64,000 bases of DNA from Betaproteobacteria bacterium. Its GTDB lineage: Bacteria; Pseudomonadota; Gammaproteobacteria; Burkholderiales; Usitatibacteraceae. The translations under genes were made by a program, and so were the position numbers. Location of the stretch: positions 6,548-70,547 of the forward strand of contig JANNSU010000023.1 of NCBI GenBank assembly GCA_031394355.1. The letters run 5' to 3'. Shown piece by piece: positions 37,810 to 47,680 of this stretch (the first letter of the stretch is position 1; every line of letters begins with the position of its first letter). The notes beneath the pieces are model-generated. The model did no database searches and was not told the origin of the DNA. It was given only the letters and a program-made list of their open reading frames with translations.

Positions 37810-39450
37810 ATGCCGACCCGTTCGCCAAATCATCTTTCCAGCCCCGATCTCTTTGACTATGTCCGAACCTTGGAGCGAGAGACCGCGGGCTGGCCCGCGC
37901 CAATGCGCCGACGCCGCTTCATGCAGGCTGCACTTGCTCTGACTGCTGGCGGCATTGTTGCCGCCACGCGGAGTGGTTCTGCGTTGGCACAGGCGGCCGG
38001 GCCAAGGTTCTCCGGCTATCCCTTCTCCCTCGGTGTCGCCTCCGGTGCGCCGCGGCATGACAGCGTCGTGTTGTGGACCCGCCTGATCCCGGAGCCCCTC
38101 AATACCAGCGGCGATGGGGGCATACCGCCGGATCGCATCAGCGTGAATTGGGAAGTGGCCGAAGACGAGCAGTTCAAGAAGATTGTGCGCAAGGGAACAC
38201 ATCGGGCGATTCCCGAGCTCGCCTACAGCGTTCATGCCGAAGTTCTGGGGCTGGAGCCCGGCCAGTGGTACTTCTATCGTTTCATGGCCGGCAACGAAGT
38301 AAGCCCGGTTGGCCGCACCCGTACCGCCGGCGTGAAGGAGGAAAAGCTCCGCTTCGCCTTCGCCAGCTGCCAGAACTACGAGCAGGGTTTCTTCACCGCC
38401 TATCGCCACATGCTGAAGGACAACGTGGATCTGGTGGCCTTTCTGGGCGACTACATCTACGAGTCCAACTGGGGCAGCAATCTGGTTCGCCGCCACGCGG
38501 GGCCGGAGACGGAAACCCTGAACCAGTACCGCTTGCGCCATGCGCAATACAAGACCGATCCGGACCTCAAGGCCATGCATGCGGCCGCGCCGTGGATCGT
38601 GACCTGGGACGATCACGAAGTCGACAACGACTACGCCGACGACCAGTCGGAACATCTCGATCCACGTTTTCTGCTTCGCCGGGCAGCGGCATACCAGGCC
38701 TACTACGAGCACATGCCGCTGGCGATGTCGGCACTGCCGCGCGGGCCGAACATGCGCCTTTACGACCGGTTCAGCTTCGGCACACTGGCCGAGTTCCATG
38801 TGCTGGACGACCGCCAGTACCGTGCGTATCAGGCGTGCCCGCGGCCGGGCATGGGCGGCAGCAATACCGTCGAGAATTGCAGCGAACGCCTGTCGCCTGG
38901 CCGCTCCATGCTCGGCACTGCGCAGGAGCAATGGCTGGAAAATGGGCTCTCGCAGTCGCGCGCGGTGTGGAATGTGCTGGCGCAGCAGACACTCGTGTCC
39001 CAGTGGAATCAGAAGTCCGGCGCGCAATCGCTCTGGACCGACGGCTGGGATGGCTATCCGGTCGCACGAAAGCGGCTGCTGGATTACCTCACGGCGCGCA
39101 AAGTCGCCAACCCGGTGTTCATCGGGGGCGATGTCCACAGCCACTACGTGAGCAACGTCAAGGCGAACTTCGATGATCCACGCTCGGCCGCTGTCGCGAG
39201 CGAGTTTGTGGGCACATCGATCACCTCCGAATCCTGGCCGCAGGACCGGATCGACGCCATGAAACCGAACAATCCGCATGTGCTGCTGGCCGACGGGACC
39301 CGGCGTGGTTACGCACTCGTAGAGGTCACGTCGAAGACGCTGACTGCAAGGATGCGCCAGATAGACAGCGAGAAGACGCGCGACAGCAAGCTCGCCGGAT
39401 CGCAGGACTATGTTGTCGAGGCGGGCCGCGCTGAAGTCAGAAAGGCCTGA
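37810..39450 (+). CDS. phoD: Alkaline phosphatase D
   Basis: Tat motif RRRRFMQ. PhoD motifs FSLGVASG, FASCQNY, LGDYIYE, WDDHEVDNDY and GGDVH. The start could be 37903. Confidence 0.85.
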   Translation: MPTRSPNHLSSPDLFDYVRTLERETAGWPAPMRRRRFMQAALALTAGGIVAATRSGSALAQAAGPRFSGYPFSLGVASGAPRHDSVVLWTRLIPEPLNTSGDGGIPPDRISVNWEVAEDEQFKKIVRKGTHRAIPELAYSVHAEVLGLEPGQWYFYRFMAGNEVSPVGRTRTAGVKEEKLRFAFASCQNYEQGFFTAYRHMLKDNVDLVAFLGDYIYESNWGSNLVRRHAGPETETLNQYRLRHAQYKTDPDLKAMHAAAPWIVTWDDHEVDNDYADDQSEHLDPRFLLRRAAAYQAYYEHMPLAMSALPRGPNMRLYDRFSFGTLAEFHVLDDRQYRAYQACPRPGMGGSNTVENCSERLSPGRSMLGTAQEQWLENGLSQSRAVWNVLAQQTLVSQWNQKSGAQSLWTDGWDGYPVARKRLLDYLTARKVANPVFIGGDVHSHYVSNVKANFDDPRSAAVASEFVGTSITSESWPQDRIDAMKPNNPHVLLADGTRRGYALVEVTSKTLTARMRQIDSEKTRDSKLAGSQDYVVEAGRAEVRKA

Positions 39451-39551
39451 ATGCCATTGTCCTGGCAATCCGGCGTGTCCGGTTCCGCAGTCAGGCTGAA
39501 GCTCACGCCCGGCTGCGGTATGCTCGCGGCATTCCAACAGCGGGGTGCACC

Positions 39552-40541
39552 ATGAGCAGAAAGACCGTTGCAGATGAAGACTTGCTCGGGGGGCCTTCCT
39601 CCGTGCTGCCATTTCGCGCTGGTTCGGGGTTTTACAATCCGGAGACGGCGAAGGCGTTCTTCAAGGCCTACGGCAAGAAGGCAGAGTTTCCCGCCGGCAC
39701 CATCCTCTTCCTTGAAAAGGAAAAGTCTAAGAAGAAGAGCATTTTCAAACAGTCCTTCGCCAAGGCGCTGAACACACCGGTCACTGAAGCGTTGTTCGCG
39801 CCCAAACGCGTTCATCGCATGTTCTTCCTCGTATCCGGCGAAGTGGCGCTGACCCAGAATGGGCGGCTGTTGCACAAGGCAAAACCGGGAGATGTATTTG
39901 GCGAAATGGCCGTGATCAGCGAGCTGCCTGATCCGGAATTCGATGCCGTGCGCAGCGCGTCAGCCGAAGCCACGGAGGACTGTGTTGCGTACTCGCTTGA
40001 TGGCACCGAGGTGCAGGAGGGTTTGTCCAGGAAGCCTGAGTTCGTGCTCATGTTGCTGTCGGTGATGTTTGAGCGCCTGCGCCTTCTCGCCAACAAGCTC
40101 TCCGAGGGCGGTGATGACGAGGATGAAGGATCCAGTCGTCACCGCAGCCGCAAGGCCGAGTCCATTCTCGATCCGGCAATGCTGGAGGCGCTGAAGGACA
40201 AGCTGGACATTTCCACTGTCGCCCACTTCCAGGAAGGCAAGAAAATCCTGAAGACCGGCGTGTCGGGCACCACCATGTATATCGTGCTGGAAGGCCAGGT
40301 TGCGGTCGCCATCGGCCGCAAGATCGTGGAGAAGATTGAAGCTGGCGGGTTTTTCGGCGAAATGGCGCTGGTGGATCAGCTTCCGCGCACGGCCACGGCG
40401 GTTGCGCGTACCGACTGCTCGCTGCTGCCGATCAACCGCGACGCACTGGTGAAGCTGGTCAAGACAGAGCCTGACTTCGGCATGGCGCTCATGCGTTCGG
40501 TGGCGCAGCGATTGCAGTACATGAACTCGTTGTTTGGCTGA
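39552..40541 (+). CDS. Protein with two cyclic-nucleotide-binding domains and no recognisable output domain
   Basis: Two CNB phosphate-binding cassettes (VFGEMAVIS ... and FFGEMALVDQLPRTATAVA) separated by an acidic linker. There is no C-terminal HTH. Confidence 0.75.
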   Translation: MSRKTVADEDLLGGPSSVLPFRAGSGFYNPETAKAFFKAYGKKAEFPAGTILFLEKEKSKKKSIFKQSFAKALNTPVTEALFAPKRVHRMFFLVSGEVALTQNGRLLHKAKPGDVFGEMAVISELPDPEFDAVRSASAEATEDCVAYSLDGTEVQEGLSRKPEFVLMLLSVMFERLRLLANKLSEGGDDEDEGSSRHRSRKAESILDPAMLEALKDKLDISTVAHFQEGKKILKTGVSGTTMYIVLEGQVAVAIGRKIVEKIEAGGFFGEMALVDQLPRTATAVARTDCSLLPINRDALVKLVKTEPDFGMALMRSVAQRLQYMNSLFG

Positions 40542-40560
40542 CCGCACGCCGGCGCGCCTT

Positions 40561-40572
40561 GCGAATATTCGC
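40561..40572. repeat. GCGAATATTCGC palindrome, exact (14-bp form)
   Basis: Between the convergent stops of the CNB protein gene (40541) and the GST gene (40617). Confidence 0.95.
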
Positions 40573-40616
40573 ACTGGAAAGGGTGGCTCTGGCCGCCCTT
40601 TCCACTTTTGGTGGGG

Positions 40617-41237
40617 TCACACCACCGGCACGGCGAAGGATTGCTTGGCACCTGGCCGCGCTGCCAAACCCGCGAGCCAGCGGTTCACGTTTGGATGCGT
40701 GTTCTTCTCCAGTGGCAGCGCCTGCCAGCGCCGCGCGGTAAGGCCGGCGGGAATGTCCGCCATGGTGAAGGATTCGCCGTTGAGAAAGGTCGACTTTGCA
40801 AGTACCGCATCCAGCAGGGTCAGCCGCTTCTCCGCAATCGGCCGATTGATCTCCACCAGTTTCAGGTCACGTTGCGCCTCGGGCGTACGGATCAATTGCG
40901 TGAAGCAGGCACCGATCGAGACATTCAGTGTGGTGGTCTGCCAATCCATCCAGCGGTCGGCGCTGGCGCGCTGCTGCGCGTCCGCCGGGCACAGGGTGCC
41001 TAGGCCATGCTTCAGGGCGAGATAGCGCACGATGGCGTTGGATTCCCAGAGTGTGAAGCCGTCGTCCTCGATCATCGGGATGAGCCCATTCGGATTCTTG
41101 GCGATGTAGTCCGGCGTGTTGTTGTGGCCGAACTCACGCCCCGCGTCGATGCGTTCGTAGGGAATGCCCAATTCGTCCACGCACCACGCAACTTTCTGCA
41201 CGTTGATGGAGGTCATGCGGCCCCAGATTTTCAGCAT
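40617..41237 (-). CDS. Glutathione S-transferase
   Basis: Start at MLKIWGRMTSINVQKV. The upstream part of the ORF is a translated repeat element (WIPAFAGMT). Length is GST-like (206 aa) with N- and C-terminal domains. Confidence 0.8.
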   Translation of the reverse strand: MLKIWGRMTSINVQKVAWCVDELGIPYERIDAGREFGHNNTPDYIAKNPNGLIPMIEDDGFTLWESNAIVRYLALKHGLGTLCPADAQQRASADRWMDWQTTTLNVSIGACFTQLIRTPEAQRDLKLVEINRPIAEKRLTLLDAVLAKSTFLNGESFTMADIPAGLTARRWQALPLEKNTHPNVNRWLAGLAARPGAKQSFAVPVV

Positions 41238-41280
41238 GTTTGCCTGCTCCGATGTGGAAGGTTGAGCAATGATGAGTTTA

Positions 41281-41362
41281 GTCATACCGGCGAAAGCCGG
41301 TATCCAGAAATATGTGATGACCCGCCGCACCCGAACTGGATACCGACTTTCGCCGGAATGAT
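41281..41362. repeat. Repeat family C, copy 1: inverted pair of GTCATACCGGCGAAAGCCGGTATCCAG units
   Basis: Arms at 41281..41307 and 41336..41362 (24/27 complementary). Translation gives the WIPAFAGMT peptide common to spurious ORFs. Confidence 0.85.
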
Positions 41363-41392
41363 GGCCAATTTGCGGAGAGCGGCAGAAACCAG

Positions 41393-41404
41393 GCGAATAT
41401 TCGC
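41393..41404. repeat. GCGAATATTCGC palindrome, exact
   Basis: 9 nt beyond the SSS transporter stop, next to repeat family C copy 1. Confidence 0.95.
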
Positions 41405-41412
41405 AATAACGA

Positions 41413-42873
41413 TCACACCCGCTTCCCGCTGCCCGCCTTCGACGTCACGAACAACAACCCGAACGTCAGCGCCGCGTTGAGGATCATCAGCTCGATACCG
41501 ATCTGATAGCCCGCAGGATTCGCCGCGAGCCACTTCTGCAACACCAAGCAGATCGACGGCGCCACGATGACTGCAGTCGCCAAAGCCGCGCCGGATCGTA
41601 TGGCGCGGTCGGTGAACATGCCAAAGCAGAACAGACCCAGCAGCGGGCCATAGGTATAGCCTGCGAGCATGAGGATGGTATTGATGATGGAGCGATCGCC
41701 CAGCCACTTGAAGACGAGGCAGAGCAGGAAGAAGACCACCGCAAACACGACATGCGCAGAGAACCGGATGCGGCGACGGGCTGCCTCGTCGAGATCGCCG
41801 CGTTTGTCGAAGCCCTTCACGTCGATGCAGTAGGACGACGTCAGCGCGGTGAGTGAGCCGTCCGCCGAGGAGAACGACGCGGCAATCAGCGCGATGAAGA
41901 ATACGATCTGCACCCACTGCGGCAGATGATCCATCACGATGGCGGAAAATAGCTCGTCACCCCGCGCGATGACCCCGTTCTGCTGTGCGAATACCCACAG
42001 CAATGACCCCAGCACGAGGAATGCCAGATTCACCACGATGAGAATGGCGCTGAACACGGCCATGTTCTTCTGCGAGTCCCGCACGTTGGGTACGCTGATG
42101 TTCTTCTGCATCATGTCCTGGTCGAGACCCAGCATGGCGACCGCGATGGCGGCGCCACCCAGAATCTGTTTCGCCCAGAAGCCGCCGGACATCGGATCGG
42201 TGTTGAAGAGGCCGGTGGTATTGCTCGCTTCCACCATTGCCCAGGCACCGCCGGCCGGTGCCAGCAGGTCGGCGAGATACCAGATGCACACGCCCAATCC
42301 GCCCAGCATGAACGTGGTCTGCAAGGTGTCCGTGATGACGATCGTGCGCACACCACCCTGGAAGGTGTAACCCCAGATCATCAGCAGCGTGACTGCAGCC
42401 GACACCCAGAAGGGAATACCGGCCGGGCCCGTGACAAGCAGATCCATCACATTCACCACGAGATAGAGCCGCGCCGTCGAGCCCAGCGTGCGTGACACGA
42501 TGAAGAGCCAGGCCCCGGTTTGATGTGCGGTCACGCCGAAGCGCTTGTCGAGATAGACGTAGATGGACGTGAGCTTGAGCCGGTAGTAAAGCGGCAGCAG
42601 CACCAGTGCCACGATGGCGTAGCCGATGACATTGCCCAGCACCACCTGCATGTAGGTGAAGCCCGCTGTGCCCACCGTGCCGGGCACGCTGATGAAGGTG
42701 ACGCCAGAAAGCGCCGTGCCCACCATGCCGAAGGCGACCAGCATCCAGTTGCTCTGGCGGTTGCCGATGAAAAACGAGTCGTTGTCAGCTCTACGCCCTG
42801 CCCACCAGGCGAGCGCCAGCAGGACAAGGAAGTAGGCAAAGATGAGGGAAAGGAAGAAGGCGTGGCGGGACAT
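41413..42873 (-). CDS. Sodium:solute symporter (SSS) family transporter
   Basis: 486 aa with about 13 TM segments. N-terminal FFIGNRQSNWMLVAFGMVGTALSGVTFISVPG is typical of the SSS family. Confidence 0.8.
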   Translation of the reverse strand: MSRHAFFLSLIFAYFLVLLALAWWAGRRADNDSFFIGNRQSNWMLVAFGMVGTALSGVTFISVPGTVGTAGFTYMQVVLGNVIGYAIVALVLLPLYYRLKLTSIYVYLDKRFGVTAHQTGAWLFIVSRTLGSTARLYLVVNVMDLLVTGPAGIPFWVSAAVTLLMIWGYTFQGGVRTIVITDTLQTTFMLGGLGVCIWYLADLLAPAGGAWAMVEASNTTGLFNTDPMSGGFWAKQILGGAAIAVAMLGLDQDMMQKNISVPNVRDSQKNMAVFSAILIVVNLAFLVLGSLLWVFAQQNGVIARGDELFSAIVMDHLPQWVQIVFFIALIAASFSSADGSLTALTSSYCIDVKGFDKRGDLDEAARRRIRFSAHVVFAVVFFLLCLVFKWLGDRSIINTILMLAGYTYGPLLGLFCFGMFTDRAIRSGAALATAVIVAPSICLVLQKWLAANPAGYQIGIELMILNAALTFGLLFVTSKAGSGKRV

Positions 42874-42879
42874 ACGTAG

Positions 42880-42891
42880 GCGAATATTCGC
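42880..42891. repeat. GCGAATATTCGC palindrome, exact
   Basis: Six nt upstream of the SSS transporter ATG (the RBS position), in the 62-nt patZ-SSS spacer. Confidence 0.95.
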
Positions 42892-42935
42892 ATGACTCCC
42901 TGGTCGAAGCGATCTGGCCTGGTTGAGTAGCGTGG

Positions 42936-45590
42936 TTAGGGCAACGCCATCACCACCTGCCGCAGATCGGGATCCTCGGGATCGGGCTGCTCGCTGAATC
43001 CCAGCCGCTCCATCAAGCTGAGCATCCCCTGATTGTTGTTCGCGACAATGCCGATGATCTCCTTCAAGCCACGGTCGCGGGCGATGTCGCAGAGCGTGCG
43101 CATGAGGAGCGAGCCGACGCCTTTTCCCTGCATGTCGTCGGCGACGACGAGGCCGAATTCGCAGGTCTCCCCGTCGACATTCAGCATGTAGCGCGCGACG
43201 CCGATGATGCGCTCGCCATCCAGTGCCAGCATCGCCATCTCGCGGTCGTAATCGATCTGGGTGAAGCGGGCGAGCATGGAGGGCGTGAGCTGATGAATGG
43301 TCGAGAGGAAGCGGAAGTAGCGCGCCTCGTCCGACAGATTGCGCACAAAGGTCTGCAGCGCATCGGCATCTTCGGGGCGGATGGCGCGCACGGCGAGTGT
43401 GGTCCCGTCTTTCAACTGCATATCCTTCGAGAGCCCGGCCGGGTACGGCAGGATGGCCATGTGCGCATAGGGCACGCGCGAGGCAGGCACGGACTTCACC
43501 ACGGCGCGCGCATCCACCGCCGCCGCGCCGTGTTCATCGATGATGATGGGGTTGATGTCGAGCTCCGATAGTTCTGGCAGCTCGCAGATCATGTCCGACA
43601 CGCGGAGCAGCAGGGCCTCGACCGACTCCATGGGTACGGCAGGCAGGCCGCGCCATTCGCCCAATACGGCGGCGGAGCGTGCGCGCTCAATGACGCGGCG
43701 GGCCAGGAACGGGTTCAGCGGCGGCAGCGCTACCGAGCGGTCGTCGATCACCTCGATCATGGTGCCGCCGGCGCCGAAGGTGATGACCGGCCCGAAGAGC
43801 GGGTCCGTGGTCATGCCGACATAAATTTCGCGGCCATGGCGCTTCGTGACCATGCGCTGCAGCGACACGCCGTCAACGCGCGCATCCGGCGAGCGGCGCG
43901 AGACTTCCTCGATCATGTCGATGAACACGGCACGCACCTGGTGCGATGTACGCAGGTTGAGCATCACGCCGCCCACATCAGACTTGTGGGGGATATCGGG
44001 CGAGTTGATTTTCATCGCAACCGGGAAGCCCAGCTTCTTGGCCAGCGCGACGGCCTGCTCCACGTCGTGCGCGACTTCAGTGGGTGTCACTGGAATACGG
44101 AACGCCGCCAGCAGCGCATTGGACTCTGTCTCAGAGAGCACCTGCCGGCCATCTTTGAGAACTGCCTTGATGAGCGCGCGTGCAGCAACCATATCAGGCT
44201 GGTCTGCGCTGACCGTGCCTGACAGCGGCGGCGGGGTCTGCATGAGCAACTGCTGATTGCGATAGAACGTCGCGATATTGGCAAATGCATCCACCGCCGC
44301 TTCCGGCAAGCGAAAAATGGGCATGCCCGCCGCATTGATTTGCTCGCGGGTGGCACGGGCGCGGGTCTCGCCCATCCAGCAGGCAAAGACAGGCTTCTCC
44401 ACACCGGGCAGGCGCGCTATGGCAGCATCGGCGATGGCCTGGGTGTCGATGCCGGGCTTTGGCGTCACGACCACCAGCACGCCATCGATCTCCTTGCTCG
44501 ACGCAACCATCTCGGTCGCTGTGACAAAGTCGGCTGCCCCCGCACTCTCGCCCAAGTCCACGGGATTGGTCGTCACCGCGAACGGCAGCGCCTTGCGAAT
44601 AGTCGCCTGCAGTGCCGCGCTGAGCGGGGGGATATCCACCTGCCGCAGGTGCGCGTAGTCGGCGGCCAGCACACCGGGGCCGCCGCCATTGCTCACGATG
44701 CCAAGGCGATTGCCGCCGGGTTTGTAGCGCGCCGCAAGGCACTTTGCAGCGGAGAAGAGTTGCACGAAACTTTCCACCCGCACAGCACCCGCACGCCGCA
44801 GAGCTGCCTCGAACACGTCGTCCCCACCGACCATGGTGCCCGTGTGAGTGAGCGCCGCCCGCTGTCCCGACGGCCGACGGCCAGCCTTGAGCACGATGAC
44901 AGGCTTGGCGCGAGCCGCCGCCCGCAATGCACTCATGAAGTGGCGGGCGTTACGGATGCCCTCCATATACAAGACGATACTGTGGGTGAGAGTGTCCTGG
45001 GCGAGAAAGTCGAGGACATCGGCAAGATCAAGCACCTGCGAACGCCCGGTCGCAACGACTGCAGAAAATTTCACGCCATTGGAATCTGCCCAGTCGAGCA
45101 TGGCTGCTGTCAATGCGCCGGACTGCGAGATCAGCGCGAGATTGCCCGCCTGCTGCAGCGGCCCGGCAATGCAGGCGTTGAATCCGCTGTGCGGCCGCTG
45201 CATGCCGGAAGAGCCGGGGCCCAGGAGCGGAATTCGCAGCTTCGCGGCGAGGCGGGCGATGGCACCGACCTCTGCCTCGACCGGTTCTTCGTCGTACACG
45301 ATGGCGGCACGCACCTTTAGCTTCGCTGCATGGGTGAGTGCCAGCATCGCGTCGTCATGCGAGCCGGTGATGAGCGCCAAGTCTGCGCGGAGCGGCAGCT
45401 CCATGCCCTGATCCTTCGGGTCGCTGCGAAATTTGCTGCCATCGCGGCGTAGCCAGTGCACTGTGCCGGTGAACGGGCCGTCAGCCATTGCCTGCTGCAG
45501 GAGGCTGGCCGCGTGATGGTCGGGATGGTGTGGCAAATACGCAACCACGGTATCCGGGTCGAAAAGTGACGAGAGTCGGGGTAGTCTCAT
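42936..45590 (-). CDS. patZ: PatZ/YfiQ-type protein lysine acetyltransferase (ADP-forming acyl-CoA synthetase-like domains plus C-terminal GNAT)
   Basis: 884 aa, collinear with E. coli YfiQ as I recall it (LISQSGAL, ATP-grasp region, QIDYDREMA, GNAT motif QGKGVGSLLM). Confidence 0.75.
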   Translation of the reverse strand: MRLPRLSSLFDPDTVVAYLPHHPDHHAASLLQQAMADGPFTGTVHWLRRDGSKFRSDPKDQGMELPLRADLALITGSHDDAMLALTHAAKLKVRAAIVYDEEPVEAEVGAIARLAAKLRIPLLGPGSSGMQRPHSGFNACIAGPLQQAGNLALISQSGALTAAMLDWADSNGVKFSAVVATGRSQVLDLADVLDFLAQDTLTHSIVLYMEGIRNARHFMSALRAAARAKPVIVLKAGRRPSGQRAALTHTGTMVGGDDVFEAALRRAGAVRVESFVQLFSAAKCLAARYKPGGNRLGIVSNGGGPGVLAADYAHLRQVDIPPLSAALQATIRKALPFAVTTNPVDLGESAGAADFVTATEMVASSKEIDGVLVVVTPKPGIDTQAIADAAIARLPGVEKPVFACWMGETRARATREQINAAGMPIFRLPEAAVDAFANIATFYRNQQLLMQTPPPLSGTVSADQPDMVAARALIKAVLKDGRQVLSETESNALLAAFRIPVTPTEVAHDVEQAVALAKKLGFPVAMKINSPDIPHKSDVGGVMLNLRTSHQVRAVFIDMIEEVSRRSPDARVDGVSLQRMVTKRHGREIYVGMTTDPLFGPVITFGAGGTMIEVIDDRSVALPPLNPFLARRVIERARSAAVLGEWRGLPAVPMESVEALLLRVSDMICELPELSELDINPIIIDEHGAAAVDARAVVKSVPASRVPYAHMAILPYPAGLSKDMQLKDGTTLAVRAIRPEDADALQTFVRNLSDEARYFRFLSTIHQLTPSMLARFTQIDYDREMAMLALDGERIIGVARYMLNVDGETCEFGLVVADDMQGKGVGSLLMRTLCDIARDRGLKEIIGIVANNNQGMLSLMERLGFSEQPDPEDPDLRQVVMALP
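44595..44606. repeat. Palindrome variant GCGAATAGTCGC (11/12)
   Basis: Inside patZ. Confidence 0.55.
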
Positions 45591-45601
45591 GTCGTGAGGT
45601 C

Positions 45602-46537
45602 TCAGGCGTCGACTACGCCGATGAGCACGCCCACATGCGCACCCACGCTGCGGGCGAGGGCGTCGAGCGCGTAGCCGCCTTCGAGTGTGGAGACGATGCG
45701 CCCGCTGGCGTGACGTTCCGCCACCTCGACCAGCCGCGCCGTCACCCAGGCGTAGTCGGCATCCACCCAGCCCAGGTTGGCCATGTCGTCCTCGCGATGT
45801 GCGTCGAATCCTGCAGAGATCACCAGCAGCTCCGGCTGGAAGGCGTCCAGCGCGGGCAGCCAGCGCTCGGTCACGACCGAGCGCATCAAATCGCCACCCG
45901 TGCGCGGCGGCAGCGGCACGTTGACCATGTTGGTGCCTTTCGGCTCGTCACCGAGATAGGGATACAGCGGATGCTGAAAGGTGGAGACCATCAGCACCTC
46001 GTCGTCGCCCGCCAGGATGTCCTCGCTGCCGTTGCCATGGTGCACATCGAAGTCGATGAGGGCCACGCGTTTCGCGCCATGCACGCGCTGCGCCTGACGC
46101 ACGGCGATGGCGGCATTGTTGTAAACACAGAATCCCATGGCGGCATCCCGTTCCGCATGATGGCCCGGCGGACGCACGGCGCAGAAGGCGCGCTGGGTCT
46201 CGCCTTTCATCACCAGATCGGCGGCCAGCGTGGCGGCACCGGCCGCATGGCGCGCGGCGGTAAACGTGTGCGGATTCATCAGCGTGTCCGGATCAATCTG
46301 ATGGTAACCAGACGCCGGCGCCCAATCGCGAATATTCGCAAGGTGGTGCGCAGTGTGGGCGCGCAAAAGCTGCTCGTCCGTGATTTCGGGGGCGGTGTAG
46401 GGCGGCATCAGGTCCAGAAAGCCCTTCGCCAACAGGTAGTCCTGGATAGCCGCCAGGCGCTCCGGGCATTCCGGGTGTCCGGGGCCCATTTCGTGACGCA
46501 TCGAGGAGGGGTGGGTAATGTAGGCGGTGATGCTCAT
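45602..46537 (-). CDS. Zn-dependent histone deacetylase-family (class II HDAC/AcuC-like) deacetylase
   Basis: HPECPERL, RPPGHHA, DFDVHHGNG and EGGY motifs. Lies 11 nt upstream of patZ on the same strand. Contains one palindrome copy (ANIR). Confidence 0.85.
   Translation of the reverse strand: MSITAYITHPSSMRHEMGPGHPECPERLAAIQDYLLAKGFLDLMPPYTAPEITDEQLLRAHTAHHLANIRDWAPASGYHQIDPDTLMNPHTFTAARHAAGAATLAADLVMKGETQRAFCAVRPPGHHAERDAAMGFCVYNNAAIAVRQAQRVHGAKRVALIDFDVHHGNGSEDILAGDDEVLMVSTFQHPLYPYLGDEPKGTNMVNVPLPPRTGGDLMRSVVTERWLPALDAFQPELLVISAGFDAHREDDMANLGWVDADYAWVTARLVEVAERHASGRIVSTLEGGYALDALARSVGAHVGVLIGVVDA
46328..46339. repeat. GCGAATATTCGC palindrome, exact, inside a CDS
   Basis: In the HDAC-family CDS, read as A-N-I-R. 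Confidence 0.95.
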
Positions 46538-46792
46538 GCTGGTTGACTCCGATTTTCACCCACAATATGCATCCACAACATCCACACACATTGTTCTCCA
46601 GCGCTGTGCGGCAAGCGGGAACGGGCCCGCTTGTCTGGCATCAAAGGAGCACGGGTACTTTGCGCCCGCATTGTTTCAATCCGTAAACGACGCAACGCGG
46701 GTCTACTCAAGGGGATAATACGCGTCCTGGGTACGCTTCAGCACGGCCCGCCCTGATCTGCACGAATCCGTTCCATGCCGCTGAATTTCTGA

Positions 46793-47680
46793 TTGCCGAT
46801 GTCCGCTTCCGCAATGCCCCCAGCCGATCAACCTGCCGCGCCATGTGGTGTGCAACCCGGTGTGCAGCCTGGTGCGCAACCCACTGCGCGACCCGCCGCG
46901 AGCGCACTGCGCTGGCGCGATGCCCGTTTCTGGGTGTTGTTGCTGCTGTCGATCCTGCTGCACACAACGCTCATTGTCGTGGTGAAGAAAGACCCGCTGG
47001 AAACGGGCGAAGCGGCATCGAAGCTGGCCGGGCCGCTGAATGTGCGTATCGCCCCCAAGGCGGAGCCGGTGGAACCCGAGATCACGCCGCCGCCCGCACC
47101 GCCCAAGGTGGTGCCGCGCCTCTTCACTTCGCCCCGACGCACGCCTGATCGGCCGGCCCTGCCGCTGCCGCCGCCCGACCCGACGCCGCCTGCGCCGCCC
47201 GTGGTGGCTCCCCCGCAGCCGCCGCTGAGCTTCGAGCAGATGGTGGCCGCCCGCCGTGCCCAGCGCGCACCCACCGTGAGCGAACATGCGGCAGCGCGCG
47301 CCGAATCGGAGTCGCGCATGGCGGGCAATCGAGCCGATGCCGCCGTGAGTCGTAACCTCGGCACGCTGAAAGAGGATGGCACCAGCGGCGTGTTCGTCGT
47401 ATTGAACAAGGGATCGCGCTATGGCACCTTCCAGTTCCGTGGCTGGAAGCGCGAGGACCGCAACAACTGGCGCGAAACCATCGAAGTCGATGCCGGCAAC
47501 GGCGGGGATGTCGAGCTCGCCATCGTGCGCCGCATGATCGAGCTTATCCGCGGCCACTATCAAGGCAATTTCAACTGGGAGTCGCACCGCCTCGGCCGCG
47601 TGATTCCGCTGTCCGCGCGGGTGGAGGACCAGGCCGGGCTGGAAGCGTTCATGCTGCAGGAGTTTTTCAAGGACCGCTGA
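46793..47680 (+). CDS. Hypothetical membrane-anchored Pro-rich protein
   Basis: One TM helix (FWVLLLLSILLHTTLIVVV), a Pro-rich spacer (PPPAPPKVVP ... PPPDPTPPAPP) and a C-terminal globular region. The layout is TonB-like but the C-terminus is unrecognised. Confidence 0.5.
   Translation: MPMSASAMPPADQPAAPCGVQPGVQPGAQPTARPAASALRWRDARFWVLLLLSILLHTTLIVVVKKDPLETGEAASKLAGPLNVRIAPKAEPVEPEITPPPAPPKVVPRLFTSPRRTPDRPALPLPPPDPTPPAPPVVAPPQPPLSFEQMVAARRAQRAPTVSEHAAARAESESRMAGNRADAAVSRNLGTLKEDGTSGVFVVLNKGSRYGTFQFRGWKREDRNNWRETIEVDAGNGGDVELAIVRRMIELIRGHYQGNFNWESHRLGRVIPLSARVEDQAGLEAFMLQEFFKDR

Noticed and set aside
46840-46900. A 12-nt tandem repeat (GGTGTGCAACCC-like x3) encoding GVQPGVQPGAQP at the N-terminus of ORF 46793..47680.
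   Set aside because: It is a small in-frame repeat in a low-complexity cytoplasmic tail, with no evidence of function. The true start may even lie downstream of it.
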